Of a stretch of DNA of 64,000 bases, positions 50,084-60,134 are shown in pieces; the first letter of the stretch is position 1; every line of letters begins with the position of its first letter. The notes beneath the pieces were generated by a model. That model did no database searches and had not been told where the DNA came from. It saw nothing but the letters and a program-made list of their open reading frames with translations. Source of the stretch: Sphaerotilus sp. (GTDB lineage: Bacteria; Pseudomonadota; Gammaproteobacteria; Burkholderiales; Burkholderiaceae_C). Position numbers and translations under genes: made by a program. The stretch covers positions 32,569-96,568 of the forward strand of contig NZ_JANPAB010000030.1 in assembly GCF_031429695.1 (NCBI RefSeq), given 5' to 3'.

Positions 50084-51382
50084 ATGAAAGAAGTGATCGA
50101 TACCACAGTCGCCGATGCACTGAACCAGGATTGCCACTGCCTGACGCTCGACCCCGCCGCCCTGGCCCGCGCGCTGGACGCCGAACTCGGCGCGCCGGGC
50201 CTGTCCGCGGATGTGCAGGCACGCTGTCCCTACGTCTTCGCCGCGCAGCCGGTGTTCGTGGCCGCCAGCCACCTGCGGCGCATGGCCGAGGTGGTGCATG
50301 CGGTTGAATCGGTCGTCGCCCAGCCCGCCTGGCACGAGCGGGTGCTGGCCGCCGCGCCCGAGACCGCCCGCGTGGCGCTGGCGCCTGGGCAGGCACTGCC
50401 GCGCAGCGTCTTTTTCGGCCATGACTTCCACCTCGACCGCGACCAGCTCGGTCTGATCGAGGTCAACACCAACGCCGGCGGCGCGCTGCTGAACGCCGTG
50501 CTCGCCCGCGCCCAGCGCGCCTGCTGTCCGGAGACGGCCCCGCTGGTGCCCACCCGCGCCCACGCCGAGGCCTTCGAAACGGCCATCGTCGCCATGTTCC
50601 GCGCCGAGTGGGCGCACACCGGCCGCACCGCGCCACTGCGCACCATCGCCATCGTGGACGAGGCACCCGAGGCGCAGTACCTGCACGCCGAGTTCCTGCT
50701 CTTCCAGCAGCTCTTCGCGCGCCACGGCCTGCATGCCGTCATCGCCGATCCGACTGCGCTGGACTGGCGCGCCGGCCGCCTCTGGCACGGCGACACCGCG
50801 ATCGACCTCGTCTACAACCGCCTGACCGATTTCTACTTCGACCAACCCGCCAGCGCCGCGCTGCGCCAGGCGTGGATGACACAGACCGCCGTCATCACGC
50901 CGCATCCGCAGGCCCACGCGCTCTACGCCGACAAGCGCCACCTCGCCGTCTTCAGCGACGAAGCAGCGCTGGTCGAACTGGGCGTGCCGGCCGAGACGCG
51001 GGCGCTGTTGCTGGCGCATGTGCCCCGCACCGAGGTGGTCCTGCGCGCCAACGCCGAGCGGCTCTGGGCAGCGCGGCGCGGGCTGTTCTTCAAGCCGGCA
51101 GGCGGCTTCGGCAGCCGCGCGGCCTGGCGCGGCGACAAGCTCACCCGGCGTGTCTGGGACGAGATCACCGCCCGCGACGGCGACTACGTGGCACAGGCCA
51201 TCGCCGCTCCCGGCCAACGCCAGCTTCGGGCCGAGGATGCCCAGAACCTGATGAAGTTCGATCTGCGCGCCTACGCCTACGACACGCAGGTGCAGTGGGT
51301 CGCCGCGCGGCTCTACCAGGGGCAGACGACCAATTTCCGCACCTCGGGCGGCGGGTTCGCGCCGGTCTACAGCACCGGCTGA
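50084..51382 (+). CDS. Circularly permuted ATP-grasp-like protein
   Basis: LIEVNTNAGG, LVYNRL, FKPAGGFGS, FDLRAY, ARLYQG. Confidence 0.7.
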   Translation: MKEVIDTTVADALNQDCHCLTLDPAALARALDAELGAPGLSADVQARCPYVFAAQPVFVAASHLRRMAEVVHAVESVVAQPAWHERVLAAAPETARVALAPGQALPRSVFFGHDFHLDRDQLGLIEVNTNAGGALLNAVLARAQRACCPETAPLVPTRAHAEAFETAIVAMFRAEWAHTGRTAPLRTIAIVDEAPEAQYLHAEFLLFQQLFARHGLHAVIADPTALDWRAGRLWHGDTAIDLVYNRLTDFYFDQPASAALRQAWMTQTAVITPHPQAHALYADKRHLAVFSDEAALVELGVPAETRALLLAHVPRTEVVLRANAERLWAARRGLFFKPAGGFGSRAAWRGDKLTRRVWDEITARDGDYVAQAIAAPGQRQLRAEDAQNLMKFDLRAYAYDTQVQWVAARLYQGQTTNFRTSGGGFAPVYSTG

Positions 51383-51458
51383 ACCAGACCTGACCCGGGC
51401 CGGCCAAGCCGTACTTCAGTCGGGGACCACGGGCGGCACGGCGCCACAGAATCACCGC

Positions 51459-51734
51459 ATGAACTCTCCCCTTTCGTCCCCGCACCGCTACGCTGGCTCC
51501 GGCCACGAAGCCTCGCCCGCCCGGGCTTGCGGGCGGCGCTTGCTGCACACGCGCCGCTACGTGACCTCGCTCATCCACCTGGCCAAGACGATGGACATCC
51601 ACGCCATCAAGCGCCTGCGCCAGCGCGCCCGCCAGTCCGGTCGCGGCGCCGTGCTCGGGCTGACGGCACTGACCGAAACGCTGATCCTGCCGACGCCGGA
51701 ACTCGGCCTGCCGCACCAGCCCACAGCGCGCTGA
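51459..51734 (+). CDS. Hypothetical protein (91 aa)
   Basis: Strong G/C third-position bias in the 3' two thirds; no motif recognised. Confidence 0.5.
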   Translation: MNSPLSSPHRYAGSGHEASPARACGRRLLHTRRYVTSLIHLAKTMDIHAIKRLRQRARQSGRGAVLGLTALTETLILPTPELGLPHQPTAR

Positions 51735-51741
51735 AACCGCC

Positions 51742-52506
51742 TCAGGGACACTGCGCCGCGGTGCGCGCGCGCGGCAGCACCTGCTCGCGGTAGCAGCCCT
51801 GCATGTTCGGCGTGGTGCAGTCCGACGCCTTGGTGCCGGACCAGTAGTTGCAGAAGAGGTTGCCGCCCGCACGGGCGCAGCCGAGGTAGCGCACGTCCTT
51901 CCAGATCAGCGCCGTGAAGTGGCCCGCAGCGCCGGAGGGGTCGCCCGGCCGGTATCCGGACACTTCCCCGTACCAGGCCCGCACCGCATCGGCGCCGGTG
52001 GGCACCTCCGACGAGCCGTACAGGTTTTCGCCCAGTGGCCCGATCGGGGCGTTGTAGGCATCGCTGTGCGCGAACCCGCCGCGGCTGACCCAGTTGCGGG
52101 CATAGGCCGCAATCCCCTCGTGCCAGGCCAGCGGCGGCGCGCCGTGCAGGCAGCGCACCTGGTTGTGGGCGCGCAGGATGTCCCGGGCAAACGCATCGTT
52201 GCCCGCCGTGCCGGCAGTGGCGCGGGGTGGCTGGGCGGACGGGGCCGGCGCTTGCGCGGCGGGCGCCACCTCGGCAGCGGCAGGCGCGCCGTCACAGGAT
52301 TCCGTGAGCATGGAGAGCGGCAGCGTGCCACTGCCGCTCATGTTGCCCTCCCGCCAGCGGTAGGACGCCTGACCGTCGCCCGTGCGAACGAGGGTGACGC
52401 AGCGGTCATCGACCACATAGCGCTCGCCGGCCCGCGGCGCCGCGGCCGCCGTGCAGGCGAACGCAAGGCCCGACAACAGGGACAGGGTCAGGGATGGAAC
52501 GCGCAT
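51742..52506 (-). CDS. Secreted CAP/SCP domain protein
   Basis: Signal peptide; ILRAHN, GENLY, GHFTALIWK. Confidence 0.88.
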   Translation of the reverse strand: MRVPSLTLSLLSGLAFACTAAAAPRAGERYVVDDRCVTLVRTGDGQASYRWREGNMSGSGTLPLSMLTESCDGAPAAAEVAPAAQAPAPSAQPPRATAGTAGNDAFARDILRAHNQVRCLHGAPPLAWHEGIAAYARNWVSRGGFAHSDAYNAPIGPLGENLYGSSEVPTGADAVRAWYGEVSGYRPGDPSGAAGHFTALIWKDVRYLGCARAGGNLFCNYWSGTKASDCTTPNMQGCYREQVLPRARTAAQCP

Positions 52507-52651
52507 GTCGAACTCCTCCGCCAATGAGCTGGCTGCCGGCATCTTCGGCCCGAACGCTGCCTGGCCGTGTGAAATCGTACCGGCACATCCTCAAGACTGA
52601 GGACGACAGGTACCACAACGAACCGCGCAGCGTGACGCAAAATCGCGGCCC

Positions 52652-54589
52652 ATGAACCTCCTCCTCTGCACCGCCCTGGGCCTCGTCACGGCGGTGGCGC
52701 AAGCCGCCGTCACCACGCCAACCCCACCGCTGAAGGGCTACGGCATCGTTGCCTACAGCTCCCCCGACGCGGCCACCACCGCCTGGATGGACCAGCGCTT
52801 CGAGGTTCGGCTGGCCGGCCCGAAGCCGGGGTCGACCGCGGTGAAGTGGATGGGCTACCAGGACATCTATGGCCTCGGTTCGATCGCCGAGCTGCTGGAG
52901 ATGAAGGACTGGGCGCTGTCGAAGCGGCTGGTCGCCGAGGACATGCTGCTGCACGCCAAGGCGGACTACACCGCCCGCATCGGCCGCATCTTCGACGGCC
53001 TGGACCGCTTCGACGCCTTCGAGGGCCGCAATGGCGTGCTGCGCAGCACGGACGGACGCACCTTCACCGACGTGTCCCCCCTCGCCTATGCAGGCCAGGT
53101 GGCCCTGTCCGGTGAAACCTACATCGGCTACGAGGAGCCGTATGCGGACATCCGGTTCACGCTCGCCATGGCCGGCGTGGAGGTCGTGCGCAGCGTGCAG
53201 TACTGGAACGGCAGCGCCTGGGCGAACCTGGTCAACGGACTGCAGGACGACACCGCCAGCCTCACCCGTTCGGGCAAGCTCTCGTTCGTGCCGCCAGCGG
53301 ACTGGCAGCCGACGAGCCTGAACGGCTCGCGTCGCAAGTACTTCGTCCGCCTGGTCGTCAGCGCGGCCCGTGTCGTGCCGGTCAGCAGCCAGATCCGCGG
53401 CGACGACTGGCTGGGCGCCACACCGCAGAGCGGCCGGGGCTGGGACGCCAGCAGCCCAAGCATCGTCCACCGCGGCACGCCGCTGGCCTACAACCCCACT
53501 CCGCCGGCCGGCGCCACAGCGAAATTCCCTTACCAGGCCCGCATCTCGTTCTGGTCCGTCAACCACTTCGTCGCCAACCCGGCCGACCAGCAAGGGCTGG
53601 CCGACGGCACCTGGGCAACGTTCCTGGCCGACAAGATCGTCAAGGACAGCCGCAGCAGCGGCGCCGGCGGCGTGATGTGCGACGACGGGGAGCGCGATGT
53701 CGCCGACGACGGTGTCCCCGCCACGGCCACCGACTTCGCCGACAAGGCAGGCACCACCACCTGGGCCGCGGCGACGCTCGCCAAGTACCGCAACCTCGTG
53801 CGCCTGGTGCGCCAGCAGCAGCCCGCGCTGCTGCTGGGCGTGAACGCCGCCAGCACCGCGCTGGCCAAGGCCGGCCAGTGGAACATCGTCGAATACCACA
53901 CCTTCGTCTGGAAAACCAACGACCTGCGGGGCATCACGTCGGGCGACGACGGCCGCCCGACCCGCATGGCCTATGACGACTACCTGCCCGCCAGCAACCC
54001 GGGTGGCACGCTGGGTGTCTTCCTCTACGCCGACACCGAGGCCACGGTTGCGGCCGGTGGCGCAGCCTGGGACCGCGGCAACCGCGGCCCGATCGCGGCC
54101 CTGTCCAAGCACCACATCGCCCGCAACGCCAACACCGTGTTCGCCTACTACTCGCGTGGTGGCTACATCTACAGCGAAACCGACGAGGTGCTGCGGGTGG
54201 ATGGCGTGGTGCTGCACCAGGCGAAGCAGGCGCTGCCACGCCTCGACCAGGTGCGCCGCTGGGCGACGTGGTTCCCGGCGATGGGTGTGGACATCGGCGT
54301 GCCGGATGCACGCGGCTACCGCGCCGGGGTGCGCGATCTGGCGTGGAAACGCGGCGCCGACCTCGGCGGCGGGCCGGATGTCTGGCGGCGGGACTACACC
54401 AACGCCGTCGTGCTGCACCGCCCCGCGGCGTGGAACACCACGGCGGCGCAGTACACCGTCACATCGCCCGCCATCGACCTCGGCGGGCGCTACTACCCGC
54501 TGGCCGCGGACGGCAGCGCCGGCGCGGCGGTCACCAGCGTGCGCTTGCGGGCGGGGGAAGGGGCGATTCTGCTGAAGAGTCCGCGCTGA
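52652..54589 (+). CDS. Secreted protein, putative glycoside hydrolase-like
   Basis: Signal peptide; GVMCDD; C-terminal WRRDYTNAVVLHRP resembles GHL15-type tails (from memory, unverified). Confidence 0.5.
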   Translation: MNLLLCTALGLVTAVAQAAVTTPTPPLKGYGIVAYSSPDAATTAWMDQRFEVRLAGPKPGSTAVKWMGYQDIYGLGSIAELLEMKDWALSKRLVAEDMLLHAKADYTARIGRIFDGLDRFDAFEGRNGVLRSTDGRTFTDVSPLAYAGQVALSGETYIGYEEPYADIRFTLAMAGVEVVRSVQYWNGSAWANLVNGLQDDTASLTRSGKLSFVPPADWQPTSLNGSRRKYFVRLVVSAARVVPVSSQIRGDDWLGATPQSGRGWDASSPSIVHRGTPLAYNPTPPAGATAKFPYQARISFWSVNHFVANPADQQGLADGTWATFLADKIVKDSRSSGAGGVMCDDGERDVADDGVPATATDFADKAGTTTWAAATLAKYRNLVRLVRQQQPALLLGVNAASTALAKAGQWNIVEYHTFVWKTNDLRGITSGDDGRPTRMAYDDYLPASNPGGTLGVFLYADTEATVAAGGAAWDRGNRGPIAALSKHHIARNANTVFAYYSRGGYIYSETDEVLRVDGVVLHQAKQALPRLDQVRRWATWFPAMGVDIGVPDARGYRAGVRDLAWKRGADLGGGPDVWRRDYTNAVVLHRPAAWNTTAAQYTVTSPAIDLGGRYYPLAADGSAGAAVTSVRLRAGEGAILLKSPR

Positions 54590-54726
54590 GCCGCAGCGGC
54601 GGCACGCCATCGATGGACATTGCCGAATCGACATAGCAGATCTGCGGGTGCAGCGCTGTCGATGGCGTCTCGCGCTCCATAGACTCGGTCCTCTGCGGGC
54701 ACCCATGCCCGCCACGAGGAGAGAAC

Positions 54727-55503
54727 ATGGACGACCTGACCCAACTCGACGTCAGCATCGCTGACCATATCGCCACCCTGTCCATGAACAGCCCACCCGT
54801 CAATGCCCTGACGAGGGTGCTGAACGACGAGTTGACACTGGCGCTGGACCGCATTTCGGAGATGGACGACGTGCGCGTGGTGGTGTTGACCGGGGTCGGC
54901 AAGGTCTTCTGTGCCGGCGCCGATCTCAAGGGCCGCGCGGAGATCATCAAGGGGCCGGGCGACCTCCCCGCCCACTCGCGCCGGACCCGGGAGTGCTTTC
55001 ATTCGATCCGCGAATGCGCCAAGCCGGTCATCGTGGCCATCAACGGCGCGGCGCTCGGATCGGGGTTGGCGATGTGTGCGTCCGCCGACATCCTCGTGGC
55101 CTCGGAAAAGGGCTCGCTGGGCATGCCCGAAGTGGATGTGGGTCTGCTCGGCGGTGCCCGCCATGCGATGCGCTTGTTCAGTCACTCGCGGCTGCGCCGC
55201 ATGGCCCTGACTGGGATGCGCGTCGACGGCGCGGAACTCTACCGTCTGGGGATTGTGGAAGCCTGCACCACGCCCGAGAACCTGATGCCGACCGCGCTGG
55301 AGATCGCACGCACGATCGCCAGCAAGAGCCCGGTGTCCACACGCATGGGCAAGCACACGCTGAACGTGATCGAGGACATGAGCCTGCGCGACGGCTATCG
55401 CTACGAGCAGGACATGACCGCGGCCATCGGCAAGACCGAGGATGCCAGGGAAGCACAGCTCGCCTTCAAGGAAAAGCGCCCCCCGGTCTTCACGGGCCGG
55501 TGA
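54727..55503 (+). CDS. Enoyl-CoA hydratase/isomerase family protein
   Basis: FCAGADL, AINGAALGSG, GMPEV. Confidence 0.92.
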   Translation: MDDLTQLDVSIADHIATLSMNSPPVNALTRVLNDELTLALDRISEMDDVRVVVLTGVGKVFCAGADLKGRAEIIKGPGDLPAHSRRTRECFHSIRECAKPVIVAINGAALGSGLAMCASADILVASEKGSLGMPEVDVGLLGGARHAMRLFSHSRLRRMALTGMRVDGAELYRLGIVEACTTPENLMPTALEIARTIASKSPVSTRMGKHTLNVIEDMSLRDGYRYEQDMTAAIGKTEDAREAQLAFKEKRPPVFTGR

Positions 55504-55540
55504 GGATGCGAGGGCGCGCCACGGCCAGGCCGACGCGCCG

Positions 55541-57100
55541 TCAGGGCATTTCGCAACGGAAGCTGGCCGCGGCATCGACGCTGCCAGAACCGACGTAGCG
55601 CGAGATCAGCGGGTAGGCGCAGATGTTCCGGGTGCGGCCGGGAAAGCGCTTCCCCTTGGCCACCAGCACCTCGGGAGCCTGGCCTTTCTCGACCCAGTCC
55701 TGGATGGCGGCGACGGGATCGAACTGGTCGAGCGCAGCCCCGCCCGCGGAGTGGCCCATGCCGGGGAAGTTGAACAGGCGCGCGAACTGTTTGGTGGACT
55801 CAAGACCGCCATTGGCGGCAATCAGCGCGCGGTACCAGCGATTGACCCCGCTCGGATTGACCAGGGTATCGGCCAGCCCCACATACACGATGTGCTTGCC
55901 ATTGCGTGCCTTGAACGCTTCGTACTGGGTCGAGTTGGTGGCCGTGAAGGCGGCCGATGCAAGCATGGAGGCCGGGTCGGTGTCGAAGTTGAACTTGAGG
56001 TAGTCGAAGTCCGGTGCCGCAGGCGTCATGAAGACGTATCGGATGGACTGGTTGGTGAACTTGCTGGCGTTCGGCACGGCGCCCGTCGCGCTGCCGATGT
56101 GGTCGGTGCGCCACTCCGGTTCACCGATGCCCGTGTCCCAGGGGGTGGGTGGGTAGAGCAAGGTGCCCGCCGAGTCACGTGGCCCGGACATCACCTTGTT
56201 GAACGCGGCCACCTGCTGGGCCGACAGACAGGTGTCGGCCTTGGCGCCGGGACACTGCAGCTCGCTGACGTCGTAGGTGCATGCCGGGTAGTTCTCGATC
56301 AAGCCGTCGACCACACCGTCCAGTGCGTCACACGTTCTCAGCACACCCGCGTTGATGAGTTTCAGGTCGCTGTCGGAATAGGCCTTGCTGAGGATCGGCT
56401 GACCATTGGCGTCCAGGGGCGCGATGGCCGTGAATTCCTGCAGCATCTGCATCGAGCCGGTCTGGGCCAGGTGCTGCTCCAGGATGGGGGCGCCGGAGAC
56501 GATGCCGTCAAAGTGCTGCGGGAAGCGCTGCGCCATCATCATGCCCTGGCGTCCGCCGCCCGAGGTTCCGACGTAGTAGGCGTACTGGGGCGCCTTGCCG
56601 TAGAACTTGCCGATGACGTCCTTGGCCAGGACGGTCACCTTGTCCACCGCGTTGTAGCCCCAGTCGATGCGCGCCTGCGGATCGAGCCCGAAGGTGGCGT
56701 CACGCCCGCTGGTGCCGGTATGGCCCATGTCGCTGGTCACCACCGCAGTGCCTTGCGACAGCGCGGGGGCGCCGCCCGTGCGCTGGAAGCCGTAGGCCGG
56801 CGGAATGCTGCCATCGACGCCGCCGCCGCCCAGGAACTGGAATCGTCCGTTCCACGCGAGCGGCAACCTCAGTTCGAAGCCGATGCTGTACCGCACCCCG
56901 TTCACGCCTGTTCGCGGATGGATCTCGCCGGTGACCAGACAGTGCGCTGGCATTTTGGTGGTGCCCGAACTGACCGCTCCGGCATCGATCTGGACCGCGC
57001 TCTTGAATACGGTGTTCGCGAAGCTCAGCCCTTGTACTGCCGTGCAGTCGGGTGCCAGGACGGATGTGGCTGCGAGGGCGCTCAGCGCAATGATCATCAT
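55541..57100 (-). CDS. Tannase/feruloyl esterase family hydrolase
   Basis: WNGRF, GLDPQARID, GTSGGGRQG, DALDGVVDG, PGMGHS, WVEKG, CAYP. Confidence 0.9.
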   Translation of the reverse strand: MMIIALSALAATSVLAPDCTAVQGLSFANTVFKSAVQIDAGAVSSGTTKMPAHCLVTGEIHPRTGVNGVRYSIGFELRLPLAWNGRFQFLGGGGVDGSIPPAYGFQRTGGAPALSQGTAVVTSDMGHTGTSGRDATFGLDPQARIDWGYNAVDKVTVLAKDVIGKFYGKAPQYAYYVGTSGGGRQGMMMAQRFPQHFDGIVSGAPILEQHLAQTGSMQMLQEFTAIAPLDANGQPILSKAYSDSDLKLINAGVLRTCDALDGVVDGLIENYPACTYDVSELQCPGAKADTCLSAQQVAAFNKVMSGPRDSAGTLLYPPTPWDTGIGEPEWRTDHIGSATGAVPNASKFTNQSIRYVFMTPAAPDFDYLKFNFDTDPASMLASAAFTATNSTQYEAFKARNGKHIVYVGLADTLVNPSGVNRWYRALIAANGGLESTKQFARLFNFPGMGHSAGGAALDQFDPVAAIQDWVEKGQAPEVLVAKGKRFPGRTRNICAYPLISRYVGSGSVDAAASFRCEMP

Positions 57101-57152
57101 GGTGTGTCTCCAGTGTTTTGAACGCGCTGCTGCACAGCGGCGGCATTGGTCT

Positions 57153-57929
57153 TCATGTCGGCAGCGTGCGCGCCCAGGCCGTGAGGGCTGCGGCCACCGC
57201 TGCCGGCTGTTCAGGGAGCATGGCGTGGCTGGCCTGCTCCAGCAGCTGTACCGTCACTTTGGCGCCGAGGACTTCTTGCAGTTCCAGGCGGGTGGCAGCC
57301 GGGCGCCAGGGGTCGCATGCACCTTGCAGGTCTAGGATCGGTGCGTGGCTCACCGGCCACCACGCCGTCTTGGGCGGCGTCACGGCAGCAGCGCGATAGG
57401 TCTCCCGCAGCGCCGGATGCCATCCGTCCAGCCACACGCTGGCGTCGTTGCCGGGCGCGAAAAAAGCCCTTTGCAGCGCAGACAGGCGTTCGTCCCGCGG
57501 CCGGCTGGCATCGGCAGCCACATCCAGGGCCGCTGTCAGGCCGGGTGGAAACGTCCGCGCTGCGCCGGCCAGCACGGCCACCCCGCGCACCAACGCAGGA
57601 TGGTTGAGGGCAGCTACCCGCGCAACGAAGTGACCGAAGGCGTGGCCGGCAACGATGGCGCGGCCGCCGCCCAGGCGTTCGATGACCAGCGCCACATCCT
57701 GTGCCAGCGCGTCCAGTGTCAGGCCCTGCATCGGCCCCTTGCTGTTCGCCATGCCACGGGGCTGCGGCCGCAGGACCGAGAAGCCCGCTGCAGCCGTGCG
57801 CCCGGCCACGTCGTCGAAGTCGAGTGAGTCGCGCTGCGACGACGGCAGCACCACGATGGCCGGGCCGATGCCGTCGACGAGCACGTCGACCTGCACCTGC
57901 CCGTCGACCAGCAATTCGCGTCGCTGCAC
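57153..57929 (-). CDS. Alpha/beta hydrolase with GHAFG elbow
   Basis: AGHAFG, LQGACD, ASHAM; GTG start. Confidence 0.8.
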   Translation of the reverse strand: MQRRELLVDGQVQVDVLVDGIGPAIVVLPSSQRDSLDFDDVAGRTAAAGFSVLRPQPRGMANSKGPMQGLTLDALAQDVALVIERLGGGRAIVAGHAFGHFVARVAALNHPALVRGVAVLAGAARTFPPGLTAALDVAADASRPRDERLSALQRAFFAPGNDASVWLDGWHPALRETYRAAAVTPPKTAWWPVSHAPILDLQGACDPWRPAATRLELQEVLGAKVTVQLLEQASHAMLPEQPAAVAAALTAWARTLPT

Positions 57930-57933
57930 AGGT

Positions 57934-58929
57934 CTAGTCCACCGTCGCGCCCGACTTCTTCACGATCTCCGCCCACTTCGGCAGTTCGGCACGCACGAGG
58001 GCCGCGAACTCCTCGGGTGTGCTGAAGGTCGGCTCGATGCCCAGCGCGATCAGCTGGCTGCGCAGCGCCGGCGTGGCCATCGTGCGCCCCAGCGCGGTGT
58101 GCAAGGTGGCGATGACCTCCTTGGGCGTGCCGGCAGGGGCGAGCACACCGAGCCAGTTCGACACGTCGTACCCCTTGAGTCCAGCCTCCGCGATCGTCGG
58201 GACTTGCGGCAACGCACCGATGCGGGTTTTCGAGGTGACGCCCAGTGCGCGCACCTTGCCGGCCTTGATGTGTTCCTCGTACACGGTGTACGAGTCGAAG
58301 GTCATGTCCACGCGCCCGGCGAGCACGTCCACCAGCAGCGGTGAACTGCCCTTGTAGGGCACATGCACCATGGTCACGCCGGCCTGGGACTCGAACAGCG
58401 CACCCGCCAGGTGGCTGGAGCTGCCGTTGCCGGCCGAGCCGTAGCTCAGACTGTCAGGCTTGCTCCTGGCCTGCGCAACCAGCTCGGCAACGCTCTTCGC
58501 CGCGACCGACGGGCCCACGATCAGCACGCGCGGCGTGATGTGCGTCAGGCTGATGGGGGCAAAGTCCTTCTGCGGGTCGTAGCGCAGCTTGGGGTAGATG
58601 GCCGGGTTGATGGCCTGGGTGCCCATGGTGCCGAAGAACAGCGTGTAGCCGTCCGCGGGCGACTTGACGGCCGCTTCGGCGGCGGTGGTGCCGCCGGCCC
58701 CGCCGCGGTTGTCAATGACGATCTGCTGCCCCAGTTCCTGGCCCAGGCGCTGCGCCATGCCGCGCGCCATCACGTCGGCAGCGCCGCCTGGCGGGAAGGG
58801 CACGATCAGGCGGATCGGCTTGTCGGGGTAGGCGGCGCTCGCGGCGGTCGAGAGGCCGCAGAGCCCTGCCAGAGCGAGCAAGCCCGCCCGCAGGACGGTG
58901 TGCACCGAGGTCGAGATGGGTGTGGTCAT
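57934..58929 (-). CDS. Bug/TctC tripartite tricarboxylate transporter substrate-binding protein
   Basis: PFPPGGAAD, NRGGAGG, YGSAG, VPYKG. Confidence 0.93.
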   Translation of the reverse strand: MTTPISTSVHTVLRAGLLALAGLCGLSTAASAAYPDKPIRLIVPFPPGGAADVMARGMAQRLGQELGQQIVIDNRGGAGGTTAAEAAVKSPADGYTLFFGTMGTQAINPAIYPKLRYDPQKDFAPISLTHITPRVLIVGPSVAAKSVAELVAQARSKPDSLSYGSAGNGSSSHLAGALFESQAGVTMVHVPYKGSSPLLVDVLAGRVDMTFDSYTVYEEHIKAGKVRALGVTSKTRIGALPQVPTIAEAGLKGYDVSNWLGVLAPAGTPKEVIATLHTALGRTMATPALRSQLIALGIEPTFSTPEEFAALVRAELPKWAEIVKKSGATVD

Positions 58930-58942
58930 GTCGGAAGTCTCC

Positions 58943-59926
58943 TCATTCGAGGGTGATCTTGGCCTGGGTCACGACGCGGCGCCACTTGTCGAACTCGGCC
59001 TGCACCATGGCCTTGTACTCTTGCGACGTCGACGCGGTCGCGATGACGCCTTGCCTGGACAACTGCTCCTTCACGTCACTCGACTGCACCGCCGCCACAA
59101 GCGCGTCGCGGAACTTCTGCTGCACGGCCACCGGCACGCCGCTCGCGGCGATGACGCCATACGCCGTGTCCATCACCACGCCGGGGAGGCCCGCTTCCCG
59201 GGTGGTCGGAACGTCGGGCAGTTGAGGCGCACGGCTGGGGCTGGCCACGGCCAGCACTTTCAGTGCGCCGGAAGCGACATGCGGCAACACGACCAGCAGG
59301 TCCACCATCGCCACATCGATTTCGCCACCGAGCAGGCCGGTGACCGCGGGGGCCGCGCCCTTGTACGGCACGTGCGTCATGTCGATGCCGGCCTCCAGCT
59401 TGAGGAGTTCGGCACCGATGTGCGGCGTGGTCCCCGGTCCGGCCGAGCCATAGTTGAGCTTGCCAGGTGCCGCCTTGGCCAGCTTGATCAGGTCGGCCAG
59501 GTCGACCAGGTTCTTTGCGACCAGATTCTTCCCGACCACGATGACGGCAGGTCCGCGTGCGACGGTGGTGACGAACTGGATGTCCGCCAGGGCATAAGGC
59601 ACCTTCGTCAGGTTGGGCATGCCGGCCAGCGGTCCCTGGGCGGTGAGCGCGAAGGTGTAGCCGTCTGGCGGCGCCTTCAGCATGAGGTCGACTCCGATGC
59701 TGCCGCCGGCGCCGCCCTTGTTGTCGACGAGGATGGTCTGCTGCAGGCCTTCGCCGGCCTTTCTGGCCACCAGACGTGCAATCACGTCGCCCGGGCCGCC
59801 GGCGGCGTAGGGAACCACCAGGCGGATCGGCTTGGTCGGCCAGGACTCGGCGTGTGCCGCCTGCATGGCCATCGACAGCGGTGCGGCGGCCATGCAGAGC
59901 GCGACGAATTTCAGTATCCGTGTCAT
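58943..59926 (-). CDS. Bug/TctC substrate-binding protein
   Basis: PYAAGGPGD, NKGGAGG, YGSAG, HVPYKG. Confidence 0.93.
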   Translation of the reverse strand: MTRILKFVALCMAAAPLSMAMQAAHAESWPTKPIRLVVPYAAGGPGDVIARLVARKAGEGLQQTILVDNKGGAGGSIGVDLMLKAPPDGYTFALTAQGPLAGMPNLTKVPYALADIQFVTTVARGPAVIVVGKNLVAKNLVDLADLIKLAKAAPGKLNYGSAGPGTTPHIGAELLKLEAGIDMTHVPYKGAAPAVTGLLGGEIDVAMVDLLVVLPHVASGALKVLAVASPSRAPQLPDVPTTREAGLPGVVMDTAYGVIAASGVPVAVQQKFRDALVAAVQSSDVKEQLSRQGVIATASTSQEYKAMVQAEFDKWRRVVTQAKITLE

Positions 59927-60134
59927 CTTGTCTCCTGATCGAATGGACGCGAGTCTGGACGTCGGGGCCACATCCAGGAAGGCACTGGCGAGGCAACTCA
60001 GCTATGTACGGACTGCAAGGCGCGCTGCACGGTATGCGTTCCGGCGCATGCCAGCCTTGCCATCGGGTGGGTAGGCAAACCTGCGGTGCGTACCTAAAGT
60101 CCCCTCCCATGCACCGACCCGGAAAGACACCGCG

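Noticed and set aside
49982-51217. N-terminal 412 aa of the 881-aa ORF
   Set aside because: Antisense to the ATP-grasp gene; kinase similarity begins only at ATG 49981.
52406-54715. 769-aa minus-strand ORF
   Set aside because: Antisense to the secreted 645-aa protein, which has a signal peptide and better composition.
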